The notes beneath the pieces are model-generated. The model ran no database searches and was not told the DNA's origin. It saw nothing but the letters and a program-made list of their open reading frames with translations. The position numbers and the translations under genes are program-made. From Sphaerodactylus townsendi (Eukaryota), in contig NC_059437.1 in NCBI RefSeq assembly GCF_021028975.2, forward strand, positions 35,464,001 through 35,528,000: a stretch of 64,000 nt of DNA, written 5' to 3'. Of this stretch, positions 36,527 through 48,573 are shown piece by piece (within the stretch, counting starts at the first letter, position 1; each line of letters opens with the position of its first letter).

Positions 36527-37491
36527 TTAGTAGTTAGTGTTAGTACTAGAGACTGGCTGGGCCTGGAGTATCTGAGGAGATCCTGGTCTTCTGACCTTGC
36601 CTACATAACAGAAATGTGGTTTTTTTTGGGGGGGGGGGTTGCATTTTAGTCCCCTGTGCTCCAGTCCAGTCCCCTCTGCTCCAGTCCCCTCCCATTTTAG
36701 TCCCCTCTGCTCCAGTCTTTGATCTCTGGGTCACTCAAGCAGAGAACACGACTTCCATCTCTAGACTGTGGTATGGTCACCCATTGCCCCAGCCTAACTC
36801 AGGCAGGTCAGGCGATGGAGGGACCAAGTAGGCCCAATCTGTGCAGAGGTGTGAAATGAACATCCAGGTAACATAACAGACTGTTAATTATCTACTTTCA
36901 CTTTGGAATAATTTGGTAGGTTTTCAAGATCAGAAATGTTTGAAAAGAGGGCTACCAAGCTTGCTCGACGGCTTAACAAAGGCAGCAGGTCAGGCACTGT
37001 GGCAGTTTTTTGCTTTACTCTGTGCCAGCAATGTAACATAAGAAAGGACATTCAGGCACATTTGGGAGGGAGTGAAGAAAAATGTGGGATATGTGATTCT
37101 AGCCCATTGCTGATGATTGGACAGCAGCAGCTGGCAGATTTTTTTTCTTTTTCCTTCTTTTTTGCAGAACATCTAAGTAGGAAACTGAGGATGGAGAACT
37201 TCATTAGCAGAAGGAGATGAATGCACAGAGAAATTGCTCTGGCTATATTCAAAATATTGGGGCACCTGAGGGAATGGAATGGCATTTTCAGTCTCCCAGG
37301 TGTACAAATATCTTGGGTCTAACCTGACCAATCTCTTTTCCCACTCAAGACACCCAGCAACAAAATTATGCAGCTCTTGTGAATTTCAGTGGGAACTGCA
37401 ATGGAGAGCTTGCAAGTGGGTAGTAACTTGTGATAGATTATGTCTGGCTTCCAATCTGTCCGCCATACTAGTTAGTGCCCAGCGTCTAGAA

Positions 37492-37781
37492 TAGTGATAG
37501 TGAACCTATGACATACCATGACGCTTTGGGTGACATGCCATTGTTCACCAACACTCAACAACAACTGTTCTCCCTGTTTGAATGTGAATCGTTCTTGTAA
37601 TTATTTGACGTTTCTTTGTATAATACATAGCACCACACATGATTGGACTGTATTTTAAAAAATAAATTAGTATGTAAAGGAATTGTTTCTCTTTTGTTTG
37701 GGTGTGTGTGTGACATGCAAACAGAATCGAGTTAGGCATTTTCCAAATGACACGCTGAGCCCAAAAGGTTCACCATCACTG
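37492..37781. mobile_element. Older hAT MITE
   Basis: TIRs TAGTGATAGTGAACCT/AGGTTCACCATCACTG at a TCTAG target; inverted relative at 45750-46028. Confidence 0.75.
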
Positions 37782-37892
37782 ATCTAGCGCCATAAGGGAT
37801 GGCCTCTGCCTAGACTTTAGATTATGACTTCCTCTGATTTGTCTACCCAGTTGAAACATAACAAAGAGTTTTTGGTCACTTTCTTATTAAAA

Positions 37893-38135
37893 GAAGATTA
37901 GACAGATTCCTGGAGGATAGGTCTATTAGTGGCTACTAGCCATGGAGACTGAAGGAACCTCCACATTGAGAGGCAATCGGTCTCTGAATTCCAGTGCCAG
38001 GAGGCAACATAAAGGTTGGCTTCTATGCCCTGCTGTTGGCCCTCCAGAGGAACTAGTTGGCCACTGTGTGAGAAGGGATACTGGATTAGATGGACCACTG
38101 GTCTGCTTCAGCAGCGGCTTTTCTTATGGTCTTCT
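37893..38135 (+). mobile_element. CR1-type LINE 3' fragment
   Basis: GATTAGACAGATTCCTGGAGGATAGGTCTATTAGTGGCTACTAG...GGATTAGATGGACCACTGGTCTG...TTCTTATGGTCTT. Confidence 0.7.
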
Positions 38136-39284
38136 GTTAAGACAAAATAATTAATTGAGTAACTGAATTATTTATTATCAATTAGAAAATCCAGGGCTTT
38201 TGACATGGCACAGAGCTGGGTGTTTTTGGTATCTGCATTTAACACTTCCATAGATAAAATAATTAAATTAGTTCTTCAAATACTTTTATCCCCAACTAGT
38301 TACAAGATAGCTGCTTTGCCAACTTGGCGAAATTCTCCAACAATACTTCAGTTTGTTAATGCTTCATTTTGTGGCAGTCTAGGGAGAGAGTGGAAATAAA
38401 TTTAAAACAGAGACAGGGTACACTGAATCACCTTTTTAAGCTTTTCTCCAGAATGGTTTATAGAACCCAAGCCACTGTTGGTGGGCATTTATTATCTGTA
38501 GTCCTGGCCTTTAGATCTCTGAATTCGTGTTAAAAATGATGCCCTATATTCAATTACATTCCAAAAACAACATGTAGATTTTCTACAATAGTTCTACAAT
38601 AGTCCTAGCAGTTCTCCTCTCCCACTGTAATCCCCATCACCACACACACATACTATGTTATTCCTGACAGTTCACTGACCTACCCAAATTTGGGGGGTCT
38701 CAGTAAGCCTTAGTGGGATGGGGAATTGGTGGCCACCACCCCTCAGGAAAACATAGGGGTACTGAAGTTTTTTTTTAAACTGCAGGGTTGCATACAAGCT
38801 AATGACCCACATTATAATGCATGACATAAAAGGAAAAAAAGATGGGAGGAGAAATACAAGCCACCTCAGGAACCAATTCTTAACTAATACTGTCATCTCT
38901 GGGCTGAATTTTTGGCCTAGGTCCAGAAAGCCTGGTTCCACCTGATGCTTCTTTAGCAAGTCTCTCTGGAGTGGGCAGGAGATGAATTCTCCCATGCATT
39001 CTCCTCCTTCTCTGAGAAATCTTCAAGTAAGAATCCTTCCCAGTTCTGACCTCCCACCAGCCTTAACAAAGCCCACAAGAGCTCAGCTTTCCAGCGCTGT
39101 CAGCTGTAAGGTTGCTGACTCTGGGTCAGGAAATTCCAGATTGAAGGGTGGGGTTTGGAGAAGAGAGGAACTTCAGTGGGATATAGGATGCTAGAGTTGT
39201 CAGCTCTGACTTGAGAAATTCCAGGATATTTTGGAGAAAAGTCTGAGGGAGTAGAGTTTGGGGAGGGGAAGGAGCTCAGCTGGG

Positions 39285-39439
39285 CAGAGGCATAGCTCCA
39301 GGGGATCCAGGGGGTGTGCGACGCACCGGGTGCACGCCCCTGTGGGGGTGTGGCGAGGGCGTGGTGTGGTGTGGTGTGGCAGGACGGGGGCAGAGGATGC
39401 ACCAGTGCACCAGGTGCTTTCCCCCTTGCTACGCCTCTG
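39285..39439. mobile_element. GC-rich hAT MITE nested in host element 39107-39534
   Basis: TIRs CAGAGGCATAGC/GCTACGCCTCTG; TSD CAGCTGGG/CAGCTGAG. Confidence 0.85.
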
Positions 39440-40819
39440 CAGCTGAGTTGTCAATCAGTACACCCTCCAAAACTTCCATGTCATCCAGGGGAACATATCT
39501 CTATATGGAGAGAGATTCCAGGTTGGTAACCTTAATTAGGGAGGAAAGAGATTGGGCAAGAGGACCAACAGCTGAATCACGCCATATAGCCTCAACACTT
39601 TGAGGCTGGGAATACAAATTAGTGATTAAAAAGAGCTGAAAGATGCTTTTTTCAGCCTTGTTGTCTCCTCTGGCCAAATAGGCTTAGCAGGGTTCTTAAG
39701 AGAGGTGATCCTTCTAGAGGTGATCAATATGTGCAATATCAGGAACAGTATGCTTCCTCTTTTAAATATTCAGGAGAATTCCCTGTAATTGCTGGGAAAT
39801 GCAATCCTATCTTAGGGTCAGACTTCTCTTTCTCTCTCTGTCTCTTTCTCTCTCTGTGGCTCTCTGCTACCATTATGGATGCCATAAACACAATGATGGA
39901 GGAGGCCATCTCATTTTGGTGTACCCCAGGCAGGTAAGATTATGTTTCTTTCTAGGGCCTGTCTCCTGCCTTAAGTAGGCTTACTCAACTCTAGTCTAGG
40001 CATTTCCTAAAGATTTGGGGGGGTAGATCCTCGGGGAGGGGAAAGGAGGGGATTCAGAAGTGATGCCATTTAATTCACCATCCAAAGCAGCTTTTTATGT
40101 TTGTTTGTTAAATTTTTATCCCACCCTGTCTGCCAAGTGCTTACAACATTTTTTTTGCATAAACAAAAACAAAAACCCCATTAACACATTCCCACTGCAT
40201 TTCTTGGCACTCTAACACCAACAGGTTATAAGATCTAACAAGGGAGGGTACAATCACAGGCTATGAAAGGCCCCCCGTAGTACAACAACAACAAAAAAAA
40301 AGAAAGGGAGAGGGAAGGGAGGCGGGCTGAATTGGACCTTGTTGTTACAATTTCTCAACCACAGACCTGGCAGAACATCTCCATCTTGGCAGGCCCTGCA
40401 GAGTTGAAGTGTTCCGCAGCGCCTGGGTCTCACTTGACAGAGTGTTCTATCAGGCTGGCACCAGAAAACTCTGGCTGAGGACAGCAGACATTTTTTGTCC
40501 TGCCAGAGACCACCATCTATTGTTACTCTCTGAGGCAATGCTCTTTGTGTGTATGTGTGTGTGTGTAGGGGGGAGTTATTGGGAGAGGCTGTCCTGCAGT
40601 TAGGGGGACTGATCTCTCTGACCTGGAGATCAGCTGTAATTCCAGGAGAACTCCAGGGCCCCACTTGGAGATTGACAACCGTAGCTCTGCATTGTCACAG
40701 TTGGTATATTTGCACTTCTGTTGAAGTTCAGCAACCTTCCTTTTCTGTTAGCTCATGGACATGGCTGCCATTTTTTAAATTTTGGAAATCATCTTTCTTG
40801 CACTAGGGTTAGATAAGTG

Positions 40820-41480
40820 GAATGTGAGCGAGAACGCTGCTGCCCCCCTTTAACTTTTCAGGGAAACTGAAATTTTTTAGGGCCCAACACTGGAGGCCTA
40901 GTTGAGCACAGATGGGGCTTAGGGGAGGGAGGTCTCCCACCCCCCCACCCCCCCCCCCAAGGTGACAAAGAAAAAAAAAGGTGAGCCTTTATATTTAATT
41001 GGGGAGGGGGGAGAATCTGCCATCCCAACTCTGTGTACAAGTAGCCTCCCAAGGGCCTCTGTTGTCATCAGCTCCACAAAGCACTGTGATAAAATGAAAG
41101 GAACTGGAGTAGGGGAAAAAGGGTCTTCTTTCTCTTTTGGGTCTCTTTCCCAGCTCTTGTTTGCTTGGTTGCCCCACCTGCTCCCATTGATCAGGCATGT
41201 GGAAACATTCCGCCTCCTGGGCGCTTCTTTGTCGCCACCCGGTTGCCAGGCTGCGGCTGGTTTGAATAACTCTGCTAAGCCAGGCTTCTCCAAAACCCTG
41301 CCATCCGGTGTGCTCTGGATAAGGAGGGGCGGGCAGCCAGAGCCTGCTCGCTCCTCCCTCCCCTCCCTCCCATCCCTCTCCCTTTCTCTGCCTTTGAGGC
41401 AGGAGGAGGCGGGACACCCAAGATCCCCAGGTCCCCCCCTTGGAAATATGGCAGAGGAGGAGGAGGATAGGAGGTGGTAG
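40820..41480. promoter_or_regulatory. Candidate distal cis-regulatory element (non-repeat, GC/CpG-enriched)
   Basis: No TIR, TSD or SINE features; SOX-like ACAAAG/CTTTGT, E-box CACCTG, TEAD-like ACATTCC and RFX half-site GTTGCC are clustered. Function inferred. Confidence 0.4.
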
Positions 41481-42809
41481 AAAGTGGATTGGCATCATGT
41501 TTCCCTAGAAGCCCCACTCAGACTAGTTCGCCAATACTCTTGAGGCATGAATCACACAGTTAGTGGTGATGTGACTATATGAAGCGATGACTTGCCTGTG
41601 TGACGATGACCTTATGCTCCTGGGGCTCAAACTAAGTTGAAGCCAGCTCAGCATTGTTACCAAGCACTGACTGCTGTGGCTGCTGAAAGGTAGCCTCCTT
41701 GGTAACCAGTCGATGCTTTTTTGGCAGCTGTATCTTTATAACCTCCCACTTATCTGCCAAATTCCTCTTTCCCCCCCCCCATCAGTTATCCACTCGCCTG
41801 CCATTCCTCTCCTAGCCTCTGAGAGTTTGTTTCCAGCATTGTGGCACCCATCAGCCTCTCTCCTCTCTCTTATCCCCACTGCTTCCCTCTTCTACCCTTC
41901 TGGAACTTCTGTCTGCTACCTGGACCAGGCAGCTTCATCTTCCACAATCTTTTTTCCTTTCTCAGTCCCTCCAGCTACTTGCCCTAACAGAAACCTGCCA
42001 CTGTTTCTTCACACTCTCTTTTGCAGTTTTCTGTCTCCCATGTGTGTCTCACCCTACTAATTTTACCCCCCCAAACCACATATTTGGTCTTTCAGTTTAG
42101 TATAGCCTTATTCCTGAGCAGGTTGCACACTTGTTCTCCTAGCTTCATTATATTTCTTCCCAATCCACAATGTGTGCTCTCTTGTCTGGATTTTTTTTTG
42201 TCCCTTAAAGCCACCACCTTCCTGAAATTAAGATGGAAGGGAAAGCTGAGTGTTGATGAAACTTGTTTCCAGATGACTGAAAGTTTTCTCCCAGTAACGT
42301 TTCTACATGGTAAACAACAACAGCATGGCTGAGACAGAACTTTGAAATTAACCCACACACCAATGCACCCTCACGGCCAGGAACAAAAAAGGTTTCCAGT
42401 ATCATCTTTCTGCTGGGATCTGCTCTCCAGGAAGAACTGGAGCTAACACAAAACCTCCTTCCCAGGCCGATCTTAGCTAGGTTGGTTCAGACAAAATTCC
42501 ATCCATGGGCTCCTGAATACTGCTGAGAGATCCATAAATATATACAGGAGTACACTTACTCCTGTCAATAGACCTAGCAGATATCATCTTTCAGGGCAGC
42601 CATATTGGTTTTATTGTACCCTAGCCAGAGTTCATTGAATCCAGCTTGAAAAGAATTTTGATAATATGTTTCATCGAGAAACATTTGGAGTTGTAAACCC
42701 ATCAAAATTTCAAGATTACCCACAGGCCAATAACTATTATTGGAGTTTTTTCCCCCTTCATGGCCCAACTACTGCCTTTCTTCAGGCCAGAAGTACTGGA
42801 GCTGGTCAA

Positions 42810-43235
42810 CAGGGGCGTACTGCCCAGGGGCACATATGGGGTCAATTGTCCCTGGGCAGCTGACCATTTAGTCATGTGGGAGGCAGCCCTTCTCAGGCCT
42901 TGGGGCTCCGGCTGTGGCTTGTCCTTGCCACCAAGAGCATCGGCGGCCAGGCATGGAGTAGGAGCAGGGGGGCCAGCCTTGTGGGTTTGGAAAGGGGAAG
43001 GGGCGACGGGAGGAAGGAGAGAGACTAGTGGGCTTAAGGAGAGCCGAAGCTGAGCAAGCCCTTGCACCAGCTGAAAGAATGCACCAAGTGCAGCTCTCAA
43101 GAGAAAATTCCCTGTCCAAAGACGCACCTTGAAAAGTTATTAAAAGGATGAATGCTGGATGCCTCGTGGGGAGGGGATGCAAAATCAGTTCTTGACCCGG
43201 GCTCCATTTTTTTTTTCTGTAGATCACGGCCACTG
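42810..43235. mobile_element. hAT-like MITE related to 30598-30834
   Basis: 5' end CAGGGGCGTACTGCCCAGGG...GTCAATTGTCCC matches the 30598 element; 3' end ...GGCCACTG; no clean TSD. Confidence 0.6.
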
Positions 43236-44011
43236 TGGCTGTAAATGGAAGGGTTAACAATTTGACCCATTTATTGAGTCAATCCACCTTATATGTTCAT
43301 ATTCTCCCTACTCATCATATAACACTATCAAAGCTAAAACTACATATTACCACATCTTGACACCAACTCTAGAAACCCTCAGCACCTCTTGATCCACTCG
43401 AAACCTTCAACAACGGTGATCCAAGCCTTCTCCCCGATTATTCTCCTCTAAAAGATTTTGTTGCTGGTACAATTACTTCGGAAATCATCTACTCTGGAAA
43501 TCTCCCTAGTTCTCTATCAATCCTCTCTATTTCCTCAGTCTCACTTGATGATGTCATGTATTTTTTTTGTCCTAATTTTATATTTATATTTATTACCTGA
43601 ACTGTCCAGTCAACTTCAGTCTCCCAGATTGGTTACCTGATTGTTGTTGTTTAACCTTCCAATCTGCCTCTTAGATCCTCATGGAAATTTCGCCATGGTT
43701 GCCATCCTCCTCACACCTTTCTTCCTCATCTCCACACCCCTTCCCTTGTTCCTTCCCTATTGCAGTGATTTAGATTGTCACGCTAGTGATCTAGGAGATC
43801 CAGGTTCAAATTCTCATTGCTCTTGGAAGTTTTCTGGGTGATCTTGGCTCCAAACATAGAACTTTCACTATATGCAGTCTGGTTTAACAGAACCTAGGAC
43901 AGACTTGCGGGGACACTGGAAATTTGTAGTTAATCCCGCTACACCCCCCTAAAATCTGACTTCTACTTGCACTCTCCACTGATGCTGTTCTTCCCAAAGT
44001 TGCTGATCATC

Positions 44012-44156
44012 CAGGGTGTTGTCAAACTGGTTAGCCCCTCCAGATGTTCATGAACTACAATTCCCATCAGTCCCTCCTCCTAAGCGTGACCATTGGCTAT
44101 ACTGGCAAGGGCTGATGGGAATTGTAGTTCATGAACTATCTGGAGTACCGCCAGTT
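44012..44156. mobile_element. Palindromic hAT-derived MITE
   Basis: 33-bp inverted arms 44038-44070 / 44112-44145 (CTCCAGATGTTCATGAACTACAATTCCCATCAG). Confidence 0.8.
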
Positions 44157-44240
44157 ACTATATCATCCTTCTTTGACCTCCTTCTGGCCTTTGGATACAG
44201 TTGGATAATTGTCTCTTGCTTGACTGCCCTCAAACTCTAG

Positions 44241-44385
44241 GGCCCCTTCTGCACACGCCAAAATAATGCATTTTCAAACCACTTTCACAACTGTTTGCGA
44301 AAGTGGATTTTGCGATTCCGCACAGCTTCAAAGAGCACTGAGAGCAGTGTGAACGGGCATTATTCTGCATGTCGCGGAATGAGCC
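44241..44385 (+). mobile_element. Harbinger-like MITE, copy B
   Basis: Collinear with 31897-32037; flanks TAG/CAG. Confidence 0.8.
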
Positions 44386-45686
44386 CAGGTTTCTCATGAT
44401 CTTTTTCCTCATGTGGCTTTATCTGTCCCCTGAATTGCTCATTCAACCATTTCCTCCCACTTTTTTCCTTTCTGTTGATGTCCCCATGCCCGGATCCATC
44501 CTAGGCCATTTTCCATTACATCTGTACACACTTTAACCCAGGATGATTTCATCCAAATCCTATGACTCAGTGCCAGCTTTTATAGTGATGATTACCTATA
44601 ATGCTCCCAGTCTACTCCTAAAGTGTCTCCCCACTTTCTGTAGTCCCATGTCTTCTATTGCCTGTCTGATTGGATGTCTCTTATCTCCAACTCCAAGTGT
44701 CCAAGATTTACACTTCTCAAGCCTCTCCTTACTATCCATAGCCATTCACAATGTCCCTCATCCACACTAAACAAATTTGGAAGTGCTATCTTTGGCCATT
44801 TGGTTTTCTTTTGCTCCCCATATTTTCTACCTTGTCACCAAAGTCATCCGAAGTGCAAATCTCATTGGCTTCTTTGTGGAGAACTGAAACTCAACTGTGG
44901 GAAGCTCTCAGCCTAACCTATGTCAAAGGGTTACTGTGAGAATAAAACGTTGGGCACCTAGTGTAAGAAGAGAGGTTGTCATGATGTGTGGGGCACTCTT
45001 GTATGGCTAAAGATTTAGAAAAGAAAGTGGGTTTTGCACAGAAGTCTACTAGTATCTCTTCCCATTCTTTCTCTCACTAATCTACAAAGAAACTTATTCC
45101 TGCCACCATTGGCCATGGGAGAAAGAGTCCCAAGGAGGATGAAGGGTTACATTAACCCTCAAGCCAACAGGGTTGTTAAGATCCCATCTCCATCAGGGGA
45201 AAAGCCAAATGAAGTGAGGAGGTCGAGGCAGTTCAAATATATGTATTTATATTTTGTAAGAACATTCAAAGCCCATAATGAAGAAGGAAGGAGTCATGTA
45301 TGCAGCTAGCAGCACACTAGTATAGAGATAGTGGTGACTTCTATTTTGAAGAGGAAAAACTAGGTTTGTATTAATCGAAGGAACATAACATAAGATGTTC
45401 ATGGGGGTGCCACTTTCTCTAATGCAGCCCAAAATTATCACCTCCTGAACTTCTATTCTGAAAGATACGATTCCAAGATTAAAAGGTGTCTTTAGAATCA
45501 TTCAAAAATATCTCAATTTTTATTCACTTCCCTCTTCTTAATCCTCTCTACTACATGACTTGTGTAACTCAATGATTTCTCACTAGAACAAGAACTGACT
45601 ATAGAGGAAAATATATAGGTTTATAATCTGCTATTATTTAGGAAAACTTTTCAACACACATAATAGTTGTGTCCATTCTTGTACCA

Positions 45687-46201
45687 TTGTGTGTGTGTGC
45701 TTAAAGCTACTCTTAAATTGCCACTGATTTATGGCAACCCAGAAGAGGGCAGCATTGAGCAACCTTTGGGAGCTTGGTGTGTATCAAAAAATTCAAGAAA
45801 ATGCTGGAACGCTACTCCCCATCCAGAACAAAAGCAAAATAATTCTTTACATATTCATTAAAAAAAGTCCAATCATGTGCAGTATGTGTTATATAAAGAA
45901 ACGTCAAATAATTGCAAAAATGACTCAAATCAGGAAGAATAGTTGTTGTCAGGTGTTGGTGAATGCTGGCACTCAAAACGTCGTGGTGTGTCACCCTTAA
46001 TGCATGCGTCATAGGTACACAATAATTGCCACTGGGCTTTCAAGGCAAGAGACAACCAGAGGTGGTTTACCATTACCTTCCCCCACTCAGCAACCCTGGT
46101 ATTCCTTTGTAGCCTCTCATCCAACAACTAACCAGGGCTGACCCTGCTTAGCTTCTGAAATCTGATGAGATCAGGCTTGCCTGGGCAATCCAGGTCAGGG
46201 T
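45687..46201 (-). mobile_element. 5S rRNA-derived SINE (5S-Sauria-like), interrupted by a hAT MITE at 45750-46028
   Basis: Minus strand of 46088-46201 matches 5S rRNA (CCTGATCTCATCAGATTTCAGAAGCTAAGCAGGGTCAGCCCTGGTTAGT...GGAATACCAGGGTTGCTG), followed by a Sauria/BovB-like tail and (CA)n. Confidence 0.8.
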
Positions 46202-47650
46202 CCTTATGCCATTACTGTCTTTTTATAGACCTGGAACATATAAGATCGCTGCAAGTGCTGAAAGAAATATTGCCAACATTCCCAGTTTCACCACTCAAAT
46301 GATGAGTGCAGGATTTCAAATTCAAAATTTTGATTAACATTCTGAATGTAAATGTTGTCCTCAAGTTCAAATGTTTGTGCTTCAGATATACTGGCATCTC
46401 TTGACTTGTTTTGGCAGGCATCAAGCAGTGTTTTGGAGCTGACAGCAGATGCAGGCAATAGATTGAATGTCATCTATCAAATGATGTCAGATACTAAATA
46501 TCATTACATGTCAAATACCAAATAGTGCCCAATAATTAAAAACAGTGTCAAATATAAACGGTTAAATGTCACAATCCAATGGCACAGGATGCACTGTTGT
46601 TTTCAGCAAACATGAGTATTCAGAGAATATCCGACTTCAAAATCTTCAGAGGGAAAATTTTTGGAGCAGTGACTATTTTAATTGTAGTGAGTGCTTTTTA
46701 ATGAAAAAAGGCTGCCTGCTTTTAACACATAACATCACACATAACAGCAAAATGAATCAAACAGGTGAAGATTGTCTCCTAGATGTGAACAGATTTGTCT
46801 GCCAATTTCTACCTGTGATGCAGTTTTTAAAAGCAGGGAGGCTCTGAGCACAGAACAGTGTTGATGCCAACTGTGCGGACACACAGTTTTCTGTCAATGC
46901 TAATTAGATACAAAACAGGAATTGCTGAGAGTTGTCTAAGCTGCCTCAAGAACTGTGCAGTTCTGGTCTCAGAGTCATACTGGGAAGGACTAGGCATCTG
47001 TGTCATTAATAGTTAGGTAGAAGCAGGGATTTGGGCAGATAAAAGTTTTATCTTTTCCTTCTGATGTCTAGAGATTACTTCTCTCGTGATAGCTTTGCAC
47101 CCAGGAGTTATTCCAGAACTGTTGATGGATTCTGAGCATACACTCTGGCTTTGTACATTTAAAATGAGTCAGTGAATTGTATTTTATTAGCTCATACAAG
47201 TCTAATACAGGCACAAGACTACAACTAGGAAAGAAGATGGCAGTCCTACTTTTTTGTTATCAGCTAAGCACAATTTAACTCTTTTGTTTTGGTAGTATTT
47301 CTACCCTCCTAGACAAGTATTTTTGAAATGAACTGCAGCTAGCAGCAGACTACTGAGTCTGCCTCCCTGCCTTGAAAATGTGGAGGGTGGTGGATGTACA
47401 CATCTCAGGTGATTAGCATAAAAATCCTTACAGATCCAGCTTCATCCTGAGCCCAGGATTGCTCAATCCAATTTCCAGCCTCTGCTCTTTCTTTAGAGAG
47501 CTAATTCCTGCCACCAGGCCAGCTAAAATGACCCTCTTAAAGAGATACAGCACCTTTCCCCTACTTTCAAGAAATCATAAATGGACAATATGAGGAAGTA
47601 GTTGTAAACTGTGGGTCAGATGCTTTGGCAAATAGGTAAAGAAGAGACTT

Positions 47651-47823
47651 TTCTTCTTCTTCTTCTTCTTCTTCTTCTTCTTCTTCTTCTTCTTCTTCTT
47701 CTTCTTCTTCTTCTTGCTTCATCTTCTTCTTCTTCTTCTTCGCCCCAAGCTACTTCTTGCTTCTTCTTCTTCTGGCCCTCCTCCACTCCTCCTCCTCCTC
47801 CTCCTCCTCCTCCACCTTCTTCT
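47651..47823. repeat. (TTC)n microsatellite degenerating into (CCT)n
   Basis: More than 20 perfect TTC units from 47651, then interrupted TTC/CCT; abuts a reverse SINE at ~47825-48020. Confidence 0.97.
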
Positions 47824-48291
47824 TGTGTTTTTGTGTCCCAAGGAGCTCAAGGCAGCAGTCATAGTTCTCTCATTCTCATTTCCTCCTCACAACAGCCCTG
47901 AGCTGGGTAGATAGGCTGGGCTGAGTGACTGATTCAAGAAAATCCAGCAAGTTTCATTGGCGAATTAAGATTTGAACCCAGATCCCCCAAATCCTAGTCT
48001 GACACATTAACCACTACATTTTGCCTAGAGTTTGTAGTGATTACAGTACTGTATTGGTATTGGCAGAAATGTATTAGTATGCAGAATCTGTATTGGTATG
48101 CAGAATAATTAGATGTAAGTGGCTGAGGTGGTATAATATTTACCACTTCAGACTGCAATGGTGGGATTGCATTTTTCCATGTCCTCCTACATTAATAATT
48201 TCCTGTTAAATAACTGGCACAATGTCTAAAGGGCTAGGATAAAACCTTTCTCTTTGATGGGCTCATCTTTAGTTGCATGGAGTTTTATATG

Positions 48292-48573
48292 GGAAGAGGA
48301 AGAGTGGATTTATACTACACTTTTCTCAACCATGAGCGGTCCATAAGGAGTCTCGGCAACCCATGAACTCGCTGCCTTCAACCACAACAGACACCTTGTG
48401 AGGTAGGTGAGGCTGAGAAAGTTCTGAGAGAACTGTGACTAGCCCAAGGTCACCCAGCAGGCTTCATATGTAGGAGCTGGGAAACAAACCCAGTTTGCCA
48501 GAATAAAGCCTGCCGCTCATGTGCAGGAGTAGGGAATCAAACCCAGTTCTCCAGATTCACCATACCATGCTGG
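48292..48573 (-). mobile_element. tRNA-derived SINE (Squam3-like)
   Basis: Reverse complement of the 20511/25071 family. Confidence 0.8.

Larger units (their letters stand above)
43270..44850 (+). mobile_element. Ancient degraded L2-like LINE ORF2 relic, interrupted by younger elements
   Basis: C/T-rich; remnants of RT motifs LLDLSAAFDTVDH (~44164-44210) and GVPQGSILGP (~44477-44508) with frameshifts. Confidence 0.55.

Noticed and set aside
36641-36717. Short imperfect tandem repeats (AGTCCCCTCTGCTCCAGTC)
   Set aside because: Simple local slippage duplication with no further structure.
46088-46201. 5S rRNA gene
   Set aside because: Diverged, has a non-5S 5' end and is fused to a SINE tail.
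47611-47914. Poly-Leu/Ser/Pro ORFs
   Set aside because: Translation of the (TTC)n/(CCT)n microsatellite.
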